From: Candidatus Binataceae bacterium
GTDB lineage: Bacteria; Desulfobacterota; Binatia; Binatales; Binataceae
Assembly: GCA_963752805.1 (NCBI GenBank)
Contig: CAVWAA010000003.1
Span: forward strand, 31,233-95,232
DNA length: 64,000 bases
Direction: 5' to 3'
A model generated the notes under the pieces. It was not told the DNA's origin, made no database searches, and was given only the letters and a program-made list of their open reading frames with translations. The position numbers and the translations under genes are program-made. The number at the start of each line of letters is the position of its first letter. The first letter of the stretch is position 1. Of this stretch, positions 53,210-63,960 are shown piece by piece.

Positions 53210-53313
53210 GATCTGTGTTCCTATGCTTGGCAGCGCCGGCTCTATCTACCGCCTTGCTTCTGCGTGAGGCGCAACCGAAGGAGCTGCTGCGGAATTTTCA
53301 GGAAACTTGTCGG

Positions 53314-53421
53314 TCAGGCGCGTCTTTTTTTGCTGCCGCGCGCCTCACGCGTTCGGGCTTTGAGCCGTTTTTCCCGCCGTTTGCGCCGACGTTTGATTTC
53401 TTTTTGCCGTTCTGTTGCCAT
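53314..53421 (-). CDS. Small basic protein, 35 aa (DUF6800-like)
   Basis: MATERQKEIKRRRKRREKRLKARTREARGSKKRRA with GAGG RBS; below the ORF-track cutoff. Confidence 0.6.
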   Translation of the reverse strand: MATERQKEIKRRRKRREKRLKARTREARGSKKRRA

Positions 53422-53650
53422 CAGGCCTCTTACTCTCACGATAATGCCGAGTTAATGCCTCACGCCCGCATTTTAGGGGTGTACGCGCATCACCTCCAGC
53501 AGTCTGCGGCAATCATGCAACCGCGGCTCGAGGACCGCCCTTACAGGTTTTGCCCTCAGCGATTCATAAGCGATGAGTCCGATGGTATAGAGTTTAGGCT
53601 AAGTTGCACAGGCTAACCTGTGTCCATCACCATACTGAGAGGCTCGGTCA

Positions 53651-55390
53651 ATGGGCGCAAAGATAATTATCGAGAAAGATCTCGAAATCCCGATGCGCGA
53701 CGGATGCGTGCTGCGCGGCGACCTGTTTCGTCCTGACGGTCCCGAGAAGCTCCCCGTGCTGCTCACGCGCACGCCTTACGACAAGAAATTTCCACAAATT
53801 TCGTACAACATGCTCGATGCGATCAGAGCGGTGCAACGCGGCTACAATGTGATGATCGTGGATTGCCGCGGCCGCTTCGCCTCCGAGGGCGCCTTCACCT
53901 GCTTCGTCGACGAGGCGCGCGATGGCTACGACACCATCGAATGGGCTGCGCGCCAACCATGGGCTGACGGTCAGGTCGGCACCTTCGGCGCTTCGTACGT
54001 CGGCGTTACGCAATGGCTTGGCGCGACCCAAACGCCGCCGAGCCTTAAGGTGATGGTGCCATCAATCACGGCGAGCGATTATCACGACGGTTGGACCTAC
54101 CAGGGTGGAGCATTTTCATTATTTTTTAATGTGAGCTGGGTGATGACCTCGCTCGGTCTCGGGCGGCTAATGCGAGAGCGGGAGCAGAATTCTCAGGCGC
54201 GCAAGGAATTGGCTGCCGTGATGAACTCAATCGATACGATGCGCCAAACGACGGAACATCTGCCGCTGCGCGAATTCCCGCTGTTCCAGACTGGCGCGCC
54301 TTATTTCTTCGATTGGCTGGCGCATCCATACTATGACGACTACTGGCGCAAGCTCTGTATCGAGGAATCGTACAATAAGATCGACGTGCCGGCGCTGAAT
54401 GTCGGCGGATGGTACGATATTTTCCAGCGTGGCACGATTCGTAATTATACCGGCATGAAGGCTCACGGCGCCGGCGCCAAGGCGCGCCGGCCGCGACTGG
54501 TGATGGGCCCCTGGTATCATACCCTGCCGCTGGCAAGCCTGGTTGGACAGGTCGATATGGGCTTCCGCTCGAGTTACGTCTCGATCGATTACGACGGTAT
54601 GCAACTCGACTTCTTTGATTCCTGGCTCAAGAGCAAGCGTAGCAGCGCCGCTGACGATCCCGTCCGAATCTACGTCATGGGCGCCAACGACTGGCGCGAC
54701 GAGAAGGATTGGCCGCTGCCGGGCACCGAGTGGCGCCGTTATTACCTGCACAGCCGCGGGAATGCCAACAGCGCCTATGGCGACGGCGTACTTTCAACCC
54801 AGGCACCCGAGCATGAGCCGGCGGATTCGTTTCTCTACAACCCGTTACATCCGGTTCCCACCACCGGCGGCGGATTGTGCTGCTATCCGAACTCGCTGCA
54901 GGGCGGTGCCTTCGACCAGGCGATGATCGAGCATCGTGCTGACGTGCTGGTGTACTCAACACCGCCGCTGGCTGAGGAGGTCGAGGTGACCGGCCCGATC
55001 ACGCTGACGCTTTATGCTTCGTCATCGGCGACGGACACCGATTTCACCGCCAAGCTCGTCGACGTTACCGAATGCGGCTTCGCGCGCAATCTGACCGACG
55101 GTATTATCCGCGCGCGGATTCGCGAGTCGCAGTCGGAGCCCAAGCTGATGACGCCGGGTAAAATCTATGAATTCAATATCGACATGTGGTCTACCTCGAA
55201 TCTATTCAAGGCGGGACACCGGATTCGGCTCGAAGTGAGTTCGAGCAACTTCCCACGCTTCGACCGCAATCTAAATACGGGCCATGAGCTATTTGTTGAT
55301 TCGGAGATGCGCCCGGCGCTGCAGACCGTGATGCATGAACGGGGCTTCGCTTCTTTTTTAACGCTGCCGCTGATTCCAAAGAATCGATAG
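53651..55390 (+). CDS. CocE/NonD family hydrolase
   Basis: IPMRDG..L, RTPY, D.RGRFASEG, GASYVG, GGWYD, GPW.H, SSSNFPRFDRN. Confidence 0.93.
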   Translation: MGAKIIIEKDLEIPMRDGCVLRGDLFRPDGPEKLPVLLTRTPYDKKFPQISYNMLDAIRAVQRGYNVMIVDCRGRFASEGAFTCFVDEARDGYDTIEWAARQPWADGQVGTFGASYVGVTQWLGATQTPPSLKVMVPSITASDYHDGWTYQGGAFSLFFNVSWVMTSLGLGRLMREREQNSQARKELAAVMNSIDTMRQTTEHLPLREFPLFQTGAPYFFDWLAHPYYDDYWRKLCIEESYNKIDVPALNVGGWYDIFQRGTIRNYTGMKAHGAGAKARRPRLVMGPWYHTLPLASLVGQVDMGFRSSYVSIDYDGMQLDFFDSWLKSKRSSAADDPVRIYVMGANDWRDEKDWPLPGTEWRRYYLHSRGNANSAYGDGVLSTQAPEHEPADSFLYNPLHPVPTTGGGLCCYPNSLQGGAFDQAMIEHRADVLVYSTPPLAEEVEVTGPITLTLYASSSATDTDFTAKLVDVTECGFARNLTDGIIRARIRESQSEPKLMTPGKIYEFNIDMWSTSNLFKAGHRIRLEVSSSNFPRFDRNLNTGHELFVDSEMRPALQTVMHERGFASFLTLPLIPKNR

Positions 55391-55458
55391 CCAAGAGTGC
55401 TGGCGTGCAAAAACTGGTGCGCTCGTTAAGTCAGATACATGGCAGGAGAGTAAGCAAA

Positions 55459-58206
55459 ATGGCGCGGGTTCATCCGGAGGTTTATTTCTTTGGCGGCGGC
55501 ATAGCGGAAGGCCGCGCGAATATGCGCGATTTACTCGGCGGCAAAGGGGCTGGCTTGGCTGAAATGGCTGCGCTGAAACTGCCGGTGCCGCCCGGCTTCA
55601 CTATTTCAACCCACGTCTGCACTTATTTTTACGAACACAAGCACAAATATCCCAAGGGGCTCGATGCCGGCGTGGCCAAAAGCATCGCGCGAGTCGAGAA
55701 GGCACTCGGCCGCCGATTTGGTGACGAGCAAAATCCGCTGCTGGTCTCCGTGCGTTCCGGCGCCCGGGTATCGATGCCCGGGATGATGGACACGGTCCTC
55801 AACCTCGGCCTGACCGACGAGACGGTACAAGGGCTGGAAGGAGCCAGCGGCAACCCCCGGTTCGCGTGGGATTCTTACCGCCGCTTCTGTCAGATGTACG
55901 GCGATGTGGTACTCAAGCTCAAGCCGGAAAACAAGCAGGAGCGCGATCTGTTCGAGGAAAGAATCGAGCGCAAAAAAACGCAGCGTGGGGTCCGCGATGA
56001 CGTTGACCTCACTGTCGATGATCTCAAGGAGCTGGTGGCCGAATTTCGCGACCTGATCCGCGAGCGCACCGGCCGGGACTTGCCGCAAGATCCTGAGGAG
56101 CAATTGTGGGAAGCGATCGGCGCCGTCTTCGGCTCCTGGAATAATGAACGGGCGGTGACGTATCGCAAGTTGAACAATATTCCTGGCGAATGGGGCACCG
56201 CGGTGACAGTGCAGTCGATGGTGTTTGGCAATCTCGGTTCCGACTGCGCCACCGGTGTCGCCTTTACACGCAATCCGGCCACCGGCGAGCGCGGTATTTA
56301 CGGCGAATTCCTGCCTAATGCTCAGGGTGAAGACGTGGTTGCGGGCATCCGCACACCACGGCAGATAAGTCTGGCCGCGGGCCGGCGGTGGGCCGAGGCG
56401 AACAATATCGAAGAAGCCGACCGGGCGTCGCGCTTTTCAACCCTGGAGGAGAGTTTCTCCGCGGTTTACAAAGAACTGCTGAAGATCTCGCAGCGTCTCG
56501 AAAAGCATTTCCGGGACATGCAGGACATGGAATTTACCATCGAGCGCGGACGGTTGTTTATGTTGCAAACCCGCACTGGCAAGCGGACGGCAGAAGCCGC
56601 CGTGCGCGCGGCGGTCGACATGGCCGAGGAAAAGCTGCTCGACCGGCGCGCGGCGCTGATGCGGGTTGAACCGGCACAGCTCGAACAATTGCTTCATCCG
56701 CGGCTCGATCCGCAAGCACCGAAAGAAGTTATGGCTCGCGGGCTGCCGGCTTCGCCGGGAGCAGTCTTCGGCGAGGTCGTTTTCTCACCCGACGAAGCAG
56801 TGGTCGTGCACAACGCCGGCCGGCCCGTAATCCTCGTTCGGCATGAGACCTCGCCCGAAGATATTCATGGGATGCATGTGGCGGAGGGAATCCTGACCGC
56901 CCGTGGAGGCATGACCAGCCATGCCGCCGTAGTTGCGAGGGGGATGGGCAAGTGCTGTGTAGCTGGCTGCGGCGCCCTGGAGATCGATTATGCGCAGGGT
57001 GCGATGAAGATCGGCGACCGCGTCATCCACCGAGGCGAGTATATCACCCTCGATGGCGGAACCGGCGACGTGATTGCCGGGCGTGTTCCAACTGTCCCGC
57101 CGGAGGAATCGGACTATTTCCGCAAGTTCATGAAATGGGCTGACCAGGAACGCACGCTGGGTGTGCGCGCCAACGCTGACACGCCGGCCGACGCGAGACT
57201 CGCGCGCGAATATGGGGCGGAAGGAATCGGCTTGTGCCGCACTGAACATATGTTCTTCGCTCCAGAGCGGATCGAGGCGATGCGCGAGATGATCCTGGCG
57301 GAGAACCCCGAGCAGCGTGCACGGGCTTTGGAGAAAGTCGTGCCGATGCAACGCGCCGACTTCGTTGCCATCTTGCGCGAGATGGCTGGCATGCCGGTTA
57401 CCATACGGCTGCTCGATCCGCCTTTGCATGAGTTTCTGCCGCAGGATGACGACGAGATTGTGAAATTGGCCGAGAATATGGGTACTGATGCCGCGCGGCT
57501 CAGGCAAATCCGCGATCGTCTCGAGGAATTCAATCCAATGCTCGGCCATCGTGGCTCGCGGCTAGGGGTAAGTTTTCCGGAGATCTACCGCGCGCAGGCC
57601 CGCGCAATTCTGGAGGCCGCCAGCGAATTGCGGGCGCAAGGAGTGAAGGCGATTCCGGAAATCATGTTGCCGTTAATCGGCGAGCGCAAGGAATTCGAAC
57701 TGCTTGCTGCGGAAATACGGGAAGTTGCGCGCGAGGTTGCCAGCCGCGACAGCGGCCGGCTGCAGTACCATATTGGCACGATGATCGAAGTGCCGCGCGC
57801 CTGTATCGAAGCGGGAGAAATTGCCGCGGTGGCGGATTTCTTTTCATTCGGTACCAACGATTTGACCCAGATGACCTATGGCTTGTCGCGTGATGACTCA
57901 TCGAAATTCCTCGACGACTACCTGACGCGCGGGATCTACAAGAAAGATCCCTTCCAGGAACTCGACACCGAAGGCGTCGGCGGTCTGATGCGCATCGCGA
58001 TCGAGCGAGGCCGCAAGGCGAAAAAGAGACTAACAATTGGGATTTGCGGCGAGCATGGCGGCGATCCGGCAAGCGTCAGATTCTGCCATAGTCTTGGACT
58101 TGACTACGTGTCATGCTCGCCCTTCCGCCTGCCGATTGCGCGCTTGGCCGCGGCCCAGGCGGCGCTGGAGACTCGCAAATCCAAGCGCGAGTTCAAGGAC
58201 GTTTAG
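55459..58206 (+). CDS. ppdK: Pyruvate, phosphate dikinase
   Basis: LLGGKGAGLAEM, SVRSGA..SMPGMMDT, GGMTSHAAVVARG, GLCRTEHM, SFGTNDLTQ, GICGEHGG. Confidence 0.97.
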   Translation: MARVHPEVYFFGGGIAEGRANMRDLLGGKGAGLAEMAALKLPVPPGFTISTHVCTYFYEHKHKYPKGLDAGVAKSIARVEKALGRRFGDEQNPLLVSVRSGARVSMPGMMDTVLNLGLTDETVQGLEGASGNPRFAWDSYRRFCQMYGDVVLKLKPENKQERDLFEERIERKKTQRGVRDDVDLTVDDLKELVAEFRDLIRERTGRDLPQDPEEQLWEAIGAVFGSWNNERAVTYRKLNNIPGEWGTAVTVQSMVFGNLGSDCATGVAFTRNPATGERGIYGEFLPNAQGEDVVAGIRTPRQISLAAGRRWAEANNIEEADRASRFSTLEESFSAVYKELLKISQRLEKHFRDMQDMEFTIERGRLFMLQTRTGKRTAEAAVRAAVDMAEEKLLDRRAALMRVEPAQLEQLLHPRLDPQAPKEVMARGLPASPGAVFGEVVFSPDEAVVVHNAGRPVILVRHETSPEDIHGMHVAEGILTARGGMTSHAAVVARGMGKCCVAGCGALEIDYAQGAMKIGDRVIHRGEYITLDGGTGDVIAGRVPTVPPEESDYFRKFMKWADQERTLGVRANADTPADARLAREYGAEGIGLCRTEHMFFAPERIEAMREMILAENPEQRARALEKVVPMQRADFVAILREMAGMPVTIRLLDPPLHEFLPQDDDEIVKLAENMGTDAARLRQIRDRLEEFNPMLGHRGSRLGVSFPEIYRAQARAILEAASELRAQGVKAIPEIMLPLIGERKEFELLAAEIREVAREVASRDSGRLQYHIGTMIEVPRACIEAGEIAAVADFFSFGTNDLTQMTYGLSRDDSSKFLDDYLTRGIYKKDPFQELDTEGVGGLMRIAIERGRKAKKRLTIGICGEHGGDPASVRFCHSLGLDYVSCSPFRLPIARLAAAQAALETRKSKREFKDV
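57888..57927 (+). repeat. Direct repeat (att-like) copy inside ppdK
   Basis: 39 of 40 nt identical to 63961-64000. Confidence 0.8.
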
Positions 58207-58226
58207 GCTCGACCAATCCAATTTAA

Positions 58227-59904
58227 CCCGGATTTCCGTTATCTCAGTGAACTACCAATTTGATAAAATGCGCTAAACGCGCTGATGGGCGTGCGTTTGG
58301 ATGCGATTCGAAGCGGTGCGGAGGTGGAGAGGCGGTGGGTGAGAGACAAAATCGGCCGTTTCAGCTCTCGTTCAGTAGCTCGTTGAAGGTCGATTTCCAA
58401 GGCGCTCGGGTTACCTCCGACGGTGGTCTGATTCTGGTGCGCGAGCTGGATGAGCGTCTGGGCTTGAGCGTGCTCACAAAACGACATCTGATCGATTCGC
58501 GCCGCGGCAAGAACGTGCAGTTACCATTGTCAGATTTGCTGCGGCAGTCGGTCTACACCCGACTGGCAGGCTATGAGGACGTGAACGACGCTGAGCGGCT
58601 GTCCCAGGATCCGACCTTTCGGCTTATCGGCTCCAAGAAAATCCTGGAGCGCGGAGCGGCCTTAACCTCGCGTCTCCAATCATTCGAGACGGAAGTGCTG
58701 ACACAGGAGGAAAACCTTGCCGGGTTGGCCGCGCTCAATCGGGAGTTAGTCGCAAGGGTCGAAGCTAGCGATTCGCCTCGGCGCATCGTGCTCGATATGG
58801 ACAGCATTGAAGTCGCGGTCTATGGCCAGCAGGAGGAGAGCGCCTACAACGGCCATTTCGAGTCCACCTGTTACCATCCGCTGCTGCTGTTCAATCGTGA
58901 AGGCGACTGCCTCGCCGCCAAACTGCGGCCCGGCAAAGTCCATAGTGCTGGGGGCCTGGGAGGAATTGCTGCTGCCCGAGATTAAAACGCCAACAGGCGA
59001 TGGGCAAGGAGGTAGTCTTCCGGGCCGATGCGGCCTTTGCCAAGCCGGAGCTCTACGAGGCGTTGGAAGAACGCGACGTGAAGCACGCGATCCGCCTTCC
59101 GGCCAACGACATTCTGCAGCGGAATACTACGGAGTTGTGACCCGGCCAGTGGGACGGCCGAGCCACAAGCCGGTGGTCCGGTACAAGAGCTTTCTCTAAT
59201 AGGCAGCGAGTTGGAAGCAGGGGCGGCGCGTGGTGGCGAAGGTCGAGTTCCATTGCGGGGAGTTGTTTCCCCGCGTCGGATTTATCGTGACCAACTTGGC
59301 GCTCGACAACCGGGCGGTGGTGCGCTTCTACAACAAACGCGGGACGGCCGAACAATGGATAAAGGAGAGCAAGCAGACGGTCGCGATGACGCGGTCTTTC
59401 CTGTCGTCGCTTTCGCGCTAACGAGGTGCGGCTGTGGCTGAGCCTGATCGCTTATAACCTCGGGAATTTGTGGCGGCGGCTGGCGCTGCCCGCGCGGATC
59501 GGGAAGTGGTCGCTTACCAGCTTGCAGCAGCGGTTGGTGAAGACCGGTGGACGGCTCATCCAACATGCGCGCTACTACTGGTTGCTGCTGGCGGAGAGCC
59601 ATCTCACACGGCGGCTGTTCGCGGACATGCTGGCGAAGATCGCGATGCTGCCGTCGCCGGCGGGATAAAGTGAGCGCGAAGCGGAGCACATTTCGATGAC
59701 GACGCCGGGGACCCAGGGAGAAGTGTCGCCAGAATCGATGAAGAAAGCAGCATCTTCTGCCGTCGGGAGCCCGCTAGACGCGAAACCGGTCTCTCCCCGC
59801 ACTACTAGGAACACCGCGGACGAAGATTGGCTACAACCTTGCCCTGGAATACAGTTCGATCTATGGAAGGCCTTGGAATTGGAAAGTCAAAAAGGAAATC
59901 CCGG
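58227..59904 (+). mobile_element. IS1380-family insertion sequence with disrupted transposase
   Basis: TSDGGL, GYEDVND, LDMDS, YNGH...CYHPL, RADA.F, YNKRG.AEQWIKE; ends CCCGGATTTCC and GGAAATCCCGG; flanks TTTAA/TTTAG; 1678 bp. Confidence 0.9.
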
Positions 59905-59929
59905 TTTAGCTGACTCGTCGAGGTCCGCG

Positions 59930-60826
59930 ATGCGTATCTTTGTCACTGGCGCCACCGGATTTATCGGTTCTGCGATTGTTGAGCAGCTGGTCGGCGCGGG
60001 CCATCAGGTGATTGGACTCGCTCGCTCTGATGCGGCCGCCAAGTCTCTCGTCGCGGCAGGCGTGCAGGTGCATCGCGGGGATGTCGAAAATCTCGAAAGC
60101 CTGCGCAGCGGAGCGGCGATGTCGGACAGCGTGATCCACACCGCGTTTATCCACGACTTCTCGCAATACCAGGCGAACTGCGAGACGGATCGGCGCGCTA
60201 TCGAGGCGCTCGGCTCTGCGCTCGCCGGCTCGGACCGCCCGCTCATCGTCACCGGCGGAACGGGGATGCTCGCGCCGGGCCGCGCCGGCACCGAAGACGA
60301 CGCGCCGATTCCCAGCTCCGCCGGCGTCCCGCGCAGCGCGTCGGAAGAGGCGGCGATTTCGGTGACGGCCAAAGGCGTGCGCGCATCGGTAATACGCCTG
60401 CCGCCGTCGGTCCATGACATGATCAAGATGGGGCTGGTCACGATGCTGATCGCTCTCGCACGCGAGAAACGGATCTCGGCGTTCGTCGGCGATGGCACAA
60501 ATCGCTGGCCCGCGGTCCATCGCCTCGACGCGGCTCACGTCTTCACGCTGGCGCTGGAGAAGGGTACGGCAGGCGCTCGCTATCATGCGGTAGCCGAAGA
60601 GGGCGTGCCGCTCAAAGACATTGCCGAAGTTATCGGCCGTCGCTTGAACGTGCCGGTCGTCGCGCAATCGGCCGAAGAGGCCGCCGCACATTTCGGCTGG
60701 CTCGCGTTCTTCATGGGCGTCGATTCTCCCGCTTCAAGCGTGCAAACGCAGCAGCGCCTCGGATGGCGTCCAAGTCAGCCCGGGCTGCTCGCCGATCTGG
60801 AGCACGCGCGCGATCTTGAAATTTGA
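59930..60826 (+). CDS. Atypical SDR / NAD-dependent epimerase family oxidoreductase
   Basis: [39 protein letters not shown]. Confidence 0.92.
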   Translation: MRIFVTGATGFIGSAIVEQLVGAGHQVIGLARSDAAAKSLVAAGVQVHRGDVENLESLRSGAAMSDSVIHTAFIHDFSQYQANCETDRRAIEALGSALAGSDRPLIVTGGTGMLAPGRAGTEDDAPIPSSAGVPRSASEEAAISVTAKGVRASVIRLPPSVHDMIKMGLVTMLIALAREKRISAFVGDGTNRWPAVHRLDAAHVFTLALEKGTAGARYHAVAEEGVPLKDIAEVIGRRLNVPVVAQSAEEAAAHFGWLAFFMGVDSPASSVQTQQRLGWRPSQPGLLADLEHARDLEI

Positions 60827-61049
60827 ATGAAGCGCGCACTTGCCGCGCAAACACGCCGCAGGTGCGTTGCGATGAAATTCTCAGTGCCCCGCGTTCTGGA
60901 GCTTCTCGGGAGTGAAGAACGCGTTATCGACGGTGCTCATGTCGATATACCAGCATTCGCGCTCCTCCGAGTTCGGTCCCGGCAAATACACGACTGAGCT
61001 GTAGCCGGTCTGCAGGTCCCGATCGACGAGCCCAAGTTGGAATATCCGC

Positions 61050-61200
61050 ACTAAAAATGAAACCCGTCTTAATTCCGTTCGCGTTGCGCGCCTTGGCTTG
61101 TTCGACCATTTCTACGGAGATATCCACGCCTGCGACGTATTCTGCGAAGGCCAACCTGGTCAAAAGCTCGATTCCGATTTAATTATGTCGAAGTGGAGTG
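61050..61200 (-). pseudogene. Class I SAM methyltransferase fragment
   Basis: VAGVDISVEMVEQAKARNA only. Confidence 0.4.
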
Positions 61201-61295
61201 TTTCATCTATTGCGGCAAGTCCATCACGGTATGAGTTACAATGCCGCGAAGGAAATGTCTGCGGTTGGTCCTGTATGAATGAATCCCGGCCGCGC

Positions 61296-62255
61296 TCAGT
61301 CGCGCGATCGAGCTCGAGGACCAAGGAATCTGTCACCGTTATAATGTATGAGGTGCTCGGGAATTTCGGCGATCCAAACTTCCGTATCCCAGGCGATTTC
61401 GCTGATGTGTCTACGGAATTCTCTCATGTCCGGGAACGCCGAAACGTAGATTAGTCCGGCAGGACATTCCGCAAGGATCTGCTCCAGCTCCAGCGCGCGC
61501 TTGTGTGACATCGGGCCATGTGAAGTCACCGCTTCGACAAGAAAAATCCAGTTGCGTTTTTCATCGTAAATGATCACGTCTGGTAATTTGTCATGTTCCG
61601 TGACGGGGAAGCGGAGCCCGCTCAAAGTCTCACCGTGAATGTACAGGTTCTTTCGAGCGGTGTCGCCAAGATATAAAAGCTTTGGGTTTTCTGCAAAACG
61701 GGGTGCAAATTGCTCCACGATCGCCTTCTGAAGTTTGTTGTGTGCTCCGGGCGAAAGACTGATCAGCTTGCCGTCCGGAAAACGCACCGGGATGAGCCGT
61801 TTTGAGCGCGCTCTCGCGAATATCTCGATCAAGGCGGTTCGACGCGACAGGAATCGCGCTAGTTCCGGTTCCCACTCTTCCCTGCCAAAAGCTCTGATTG
61901 CATTTAGCGCCGCTTCGGAAACGGCGTAGTGTGTGCGCGGATCGTTGGTGGGTAGGTCTGGATCGAACGGGTTGAGATCGGTGACGCCGGCAAGTACGAG
62001 TTGATGAAGCACTTGGCGGCGCACCGTTTCGCGGGTGTTCGGGGCATAGCGGACTCTGTACTCCTTACGCATAAATTCCATCAGGCCCTTGCTTACCGTC
62101 CGGCCTTCGCGCGTCGCGTGCGTCCATGGATCCTCAACCCTGAGCCCGCACAAAGCGAGCAGAGTTAGCGCGGAAATGCGATTTTGCTGAGGTATCGGGA
62201 GGCCAAGCGCTTTAAGAATTGCTTGGGCTTCTGAGATCCTGGCTCGCGGCTTCAC
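61296..62255 (-). CDS. BsuBI/PstI-family type II restriction endonuclease
   Basis: YAPNTRETVRRQ.LHQ, LSPG.HN.L, FAPRF, HDKLPDV, EAVTSHGP, IAW.TEVW, H.IHYNGDRFLGP; GTG overlaps the MTase TGA. Confidence 0.92.
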   Translation of the reverse strand: MKPRARISEAQAILKALGLPIPQQNRISALTLLALCGLRVEDPWTHATREGRTVSKGLMEFMRKEYRVRYAPNTRETVRRQVLHQLVLAGVTDLNPFDPDLPTNDPRTHYAVSEAALNAIRAFGREEWEPELARFLSRRTALIEIFARARSKRLIPVRFPDGKLISLSPGAHNKLQKAIVEQFAPRFAENPKLLYLGDTARKNLYIHGETLSGLRFPVTEHDKLPDVIIYDEKRNWIFLVEAVTSHGPMSHKRALELEQILAECPAGLIYVSAFPDMREFRRHISEIAWDTEVWIAEIPEHLIHYNGDRFLGPRARSRD

Positions 62256-63832
62256 CGCACAATTCCGACGGTCTCGCCGACTATCTGCTCCAATGCGTCG
62301 CCGGGGCAATTCACAGTCTTTGCGCGACGCCCTAGAAGTCTGATTTTATCCAGGGGCGGGAGCGGCATGGCTCTTAGCTCGGTTGCGCTAACCTGGGTGT
62401 TTCCGCTCGATACTCTGAAATAAGTGTCGAGTATTTTGGCATTGAAAAGCGCCGCCAGTCCGAAGGCCTCTTCTTCGGCCAACTCACCGCCGGTTCGGTA
62501 AATATAGTTCAGGTGATTCTCGATCCCGAGCAATGAGCAGCAGACCAAACTCTTAAGCCACGGTGCTGCTACAAGCCGGCGTACCTCTTCTTTCGCGCTG
62601 AATCGGCGCAGCAGCACGTAATTCCGGTTGGGCAATAGTAAGGACTTTTTGGCAGCCTCGCGTCCGATGTATTGCGGCTTCCGCGTGCCGTTGGGAAAGG
62701 AAATCAGCATCGCGTGAACATGATTCATCCAAATGAGTGGAACGCGACTGCCAATAGGCACATCGGTTTTATGGAGAAACTGGGTCGCACGAAAGGGTAC
62801 CACGGGACCGGTTGAAATATTCATGCCGTATTGATGAAGAGACCCGGTCCACGAGTTGACGAGGCTCACGGCAGCTTCCCCCTCCTTCAGCGTAGGAAGT
62901 CTCAAAACTTTATCAGCCGAGCTCTTCGAGAGAGCCTGCTCGAGCGGCAAGACGCGGCCAGCCGGGGTATGGAGACCGGCACGTCCAGCGCTACTTGATA
63001 CGTATACTTTGAAGCGACTATCACGAGACTGCCAGCCATCGTCTCTAACTGCTTTGAATATAATGTTTTCCTGCAGTACCTCATCGCGGCCGAAAGCCTC
63101 TCTTCGAGAGCCGAACACATGAATCCTTGTGGGACGCATGCGCGCAAAGAATGTCTCGCGAAAAAGGCGGAAGTAAGGACCCGACGCGAAGCTCCGCGGG
63201 ACTATGAAAAGGAATTCTCCGCGCTCTCGCAGGAGCGCAGCTCCCGCGGCCATGAAGAGAGCGTAGATGTTCGGCTGGCCATGTACCACTGAGGTTGCCG
63301 CTTGGGCGCGGGGATCACATTTGGGAATCTTGAAGTATGGTGGATTCGCAATCACAACGTCGAACGCTGACGACGTTAGCGAATCAAACAAGTGGCGCGT
63401 CGTCCCGAGCAGGTGCGCATGGGTCAATACAAAATCGTTCTTCTCGACCGTTGCAATCACCCGAATGCGACGCCTTGATGCCCACCGCTTCAAATTGTCA
63501 ATAACCGCAGCCAGGGGCTCATGTAAATCGGGATCCGTTTCGTAGGCCGTCAACTCCGCGTTTTGAAGGCGGTTGCCGGCACTTGCCAAACGCTCCACAA
63601 CTGCGCAAAGCAGAGTCCCGGAACCAGCCGCCGGATCGAGAATACGCATCTCGGATTTGCCGCCGTGCACCTGTGCAGCCATAAATTCTGCAACATCGAC
63701 AGGAGTGAGATAGAGTCCGTTTGCCTTGCGCTCGTCAGCACTCTTACGCAAGACCACCTGGGCCCCGGCCCAGTCGGCGTAATAGGTCGGGCGATCATCC
63801 GAGCGAAAATGGCTCGATTCCGTGAACTCCAT
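62252..63832 (-). CDS. N6-adenine DNA methyltransferase (BsuBI/PstI, Eco57I-like)
   Basis: G.Y.TP, LDPAAGSG, NPPY, VLQEN, STGPVV.FR, RRFSAKEE.RR, ENHLN, GNTQV.ATEL; start uncertain. Confidence 0.92.
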   Translation of the reverse strand: MEFTESSHFRSDDRPTYYADWAGAQVVLRKSADERKANGLYLTPVDVAEFMAAQVHGGKSEMRILDPAAGSGTLLCAVVERLASAGNRLQNAELTAYETDPDLHEPLAAVIDNLKRWASRRRIRVIATVEKNDFVLTHAHLLGTTRHLFDSLTSSAFDVVIANPPYFKIPKCDPRAQAATSVVHGQPNIYALFMAAGAALLRERGEFLFIVPRSFASGPYFRLFRETFFARMRPTRIHVFGSRREAFGRDEVLQENIIFKAVRDDGWQSRDSRFKVYVSSSAGRAGLHTPAGRVLPLEQALSKSSADKVLRLPTLKEGEAAVSLVNSWTGSLHQYGMNISTGPVVPFRATQFLHKTDVPIGSRVPLIWMNHVHAMLISFPNGTRKPQYIGREAAKKSLLLPNRNYVLLRRFSAKEEVRRLVAAPWLKSLVCCSLLGIENHLNYIYRTGGELAEEEAFGLAALFNAKILDTYFRVSSGNTQVSATELRAMPLPPLDKIRLLGRRAKTVNCPGDALEQIVGETVGIVR

Positions 63833-63960
63833 AATCACCCATTTTTCAATATAGTCTTCATTGAACACCCATAATTTCGCTAGTTGTTCGCCTTTGTCAA
63901 GCTTCAATCATACCCGAAGTCGGGCAATTCGTTCGATTTATCCCCAAGCTGTCAAAGTCG

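Noticed and set aside
59696-59929. N-terminal extension of the SDR
   Set aside because: Lies mostly within the IS1380 right end; the Rossmann motif starts at the ATG at 59930.
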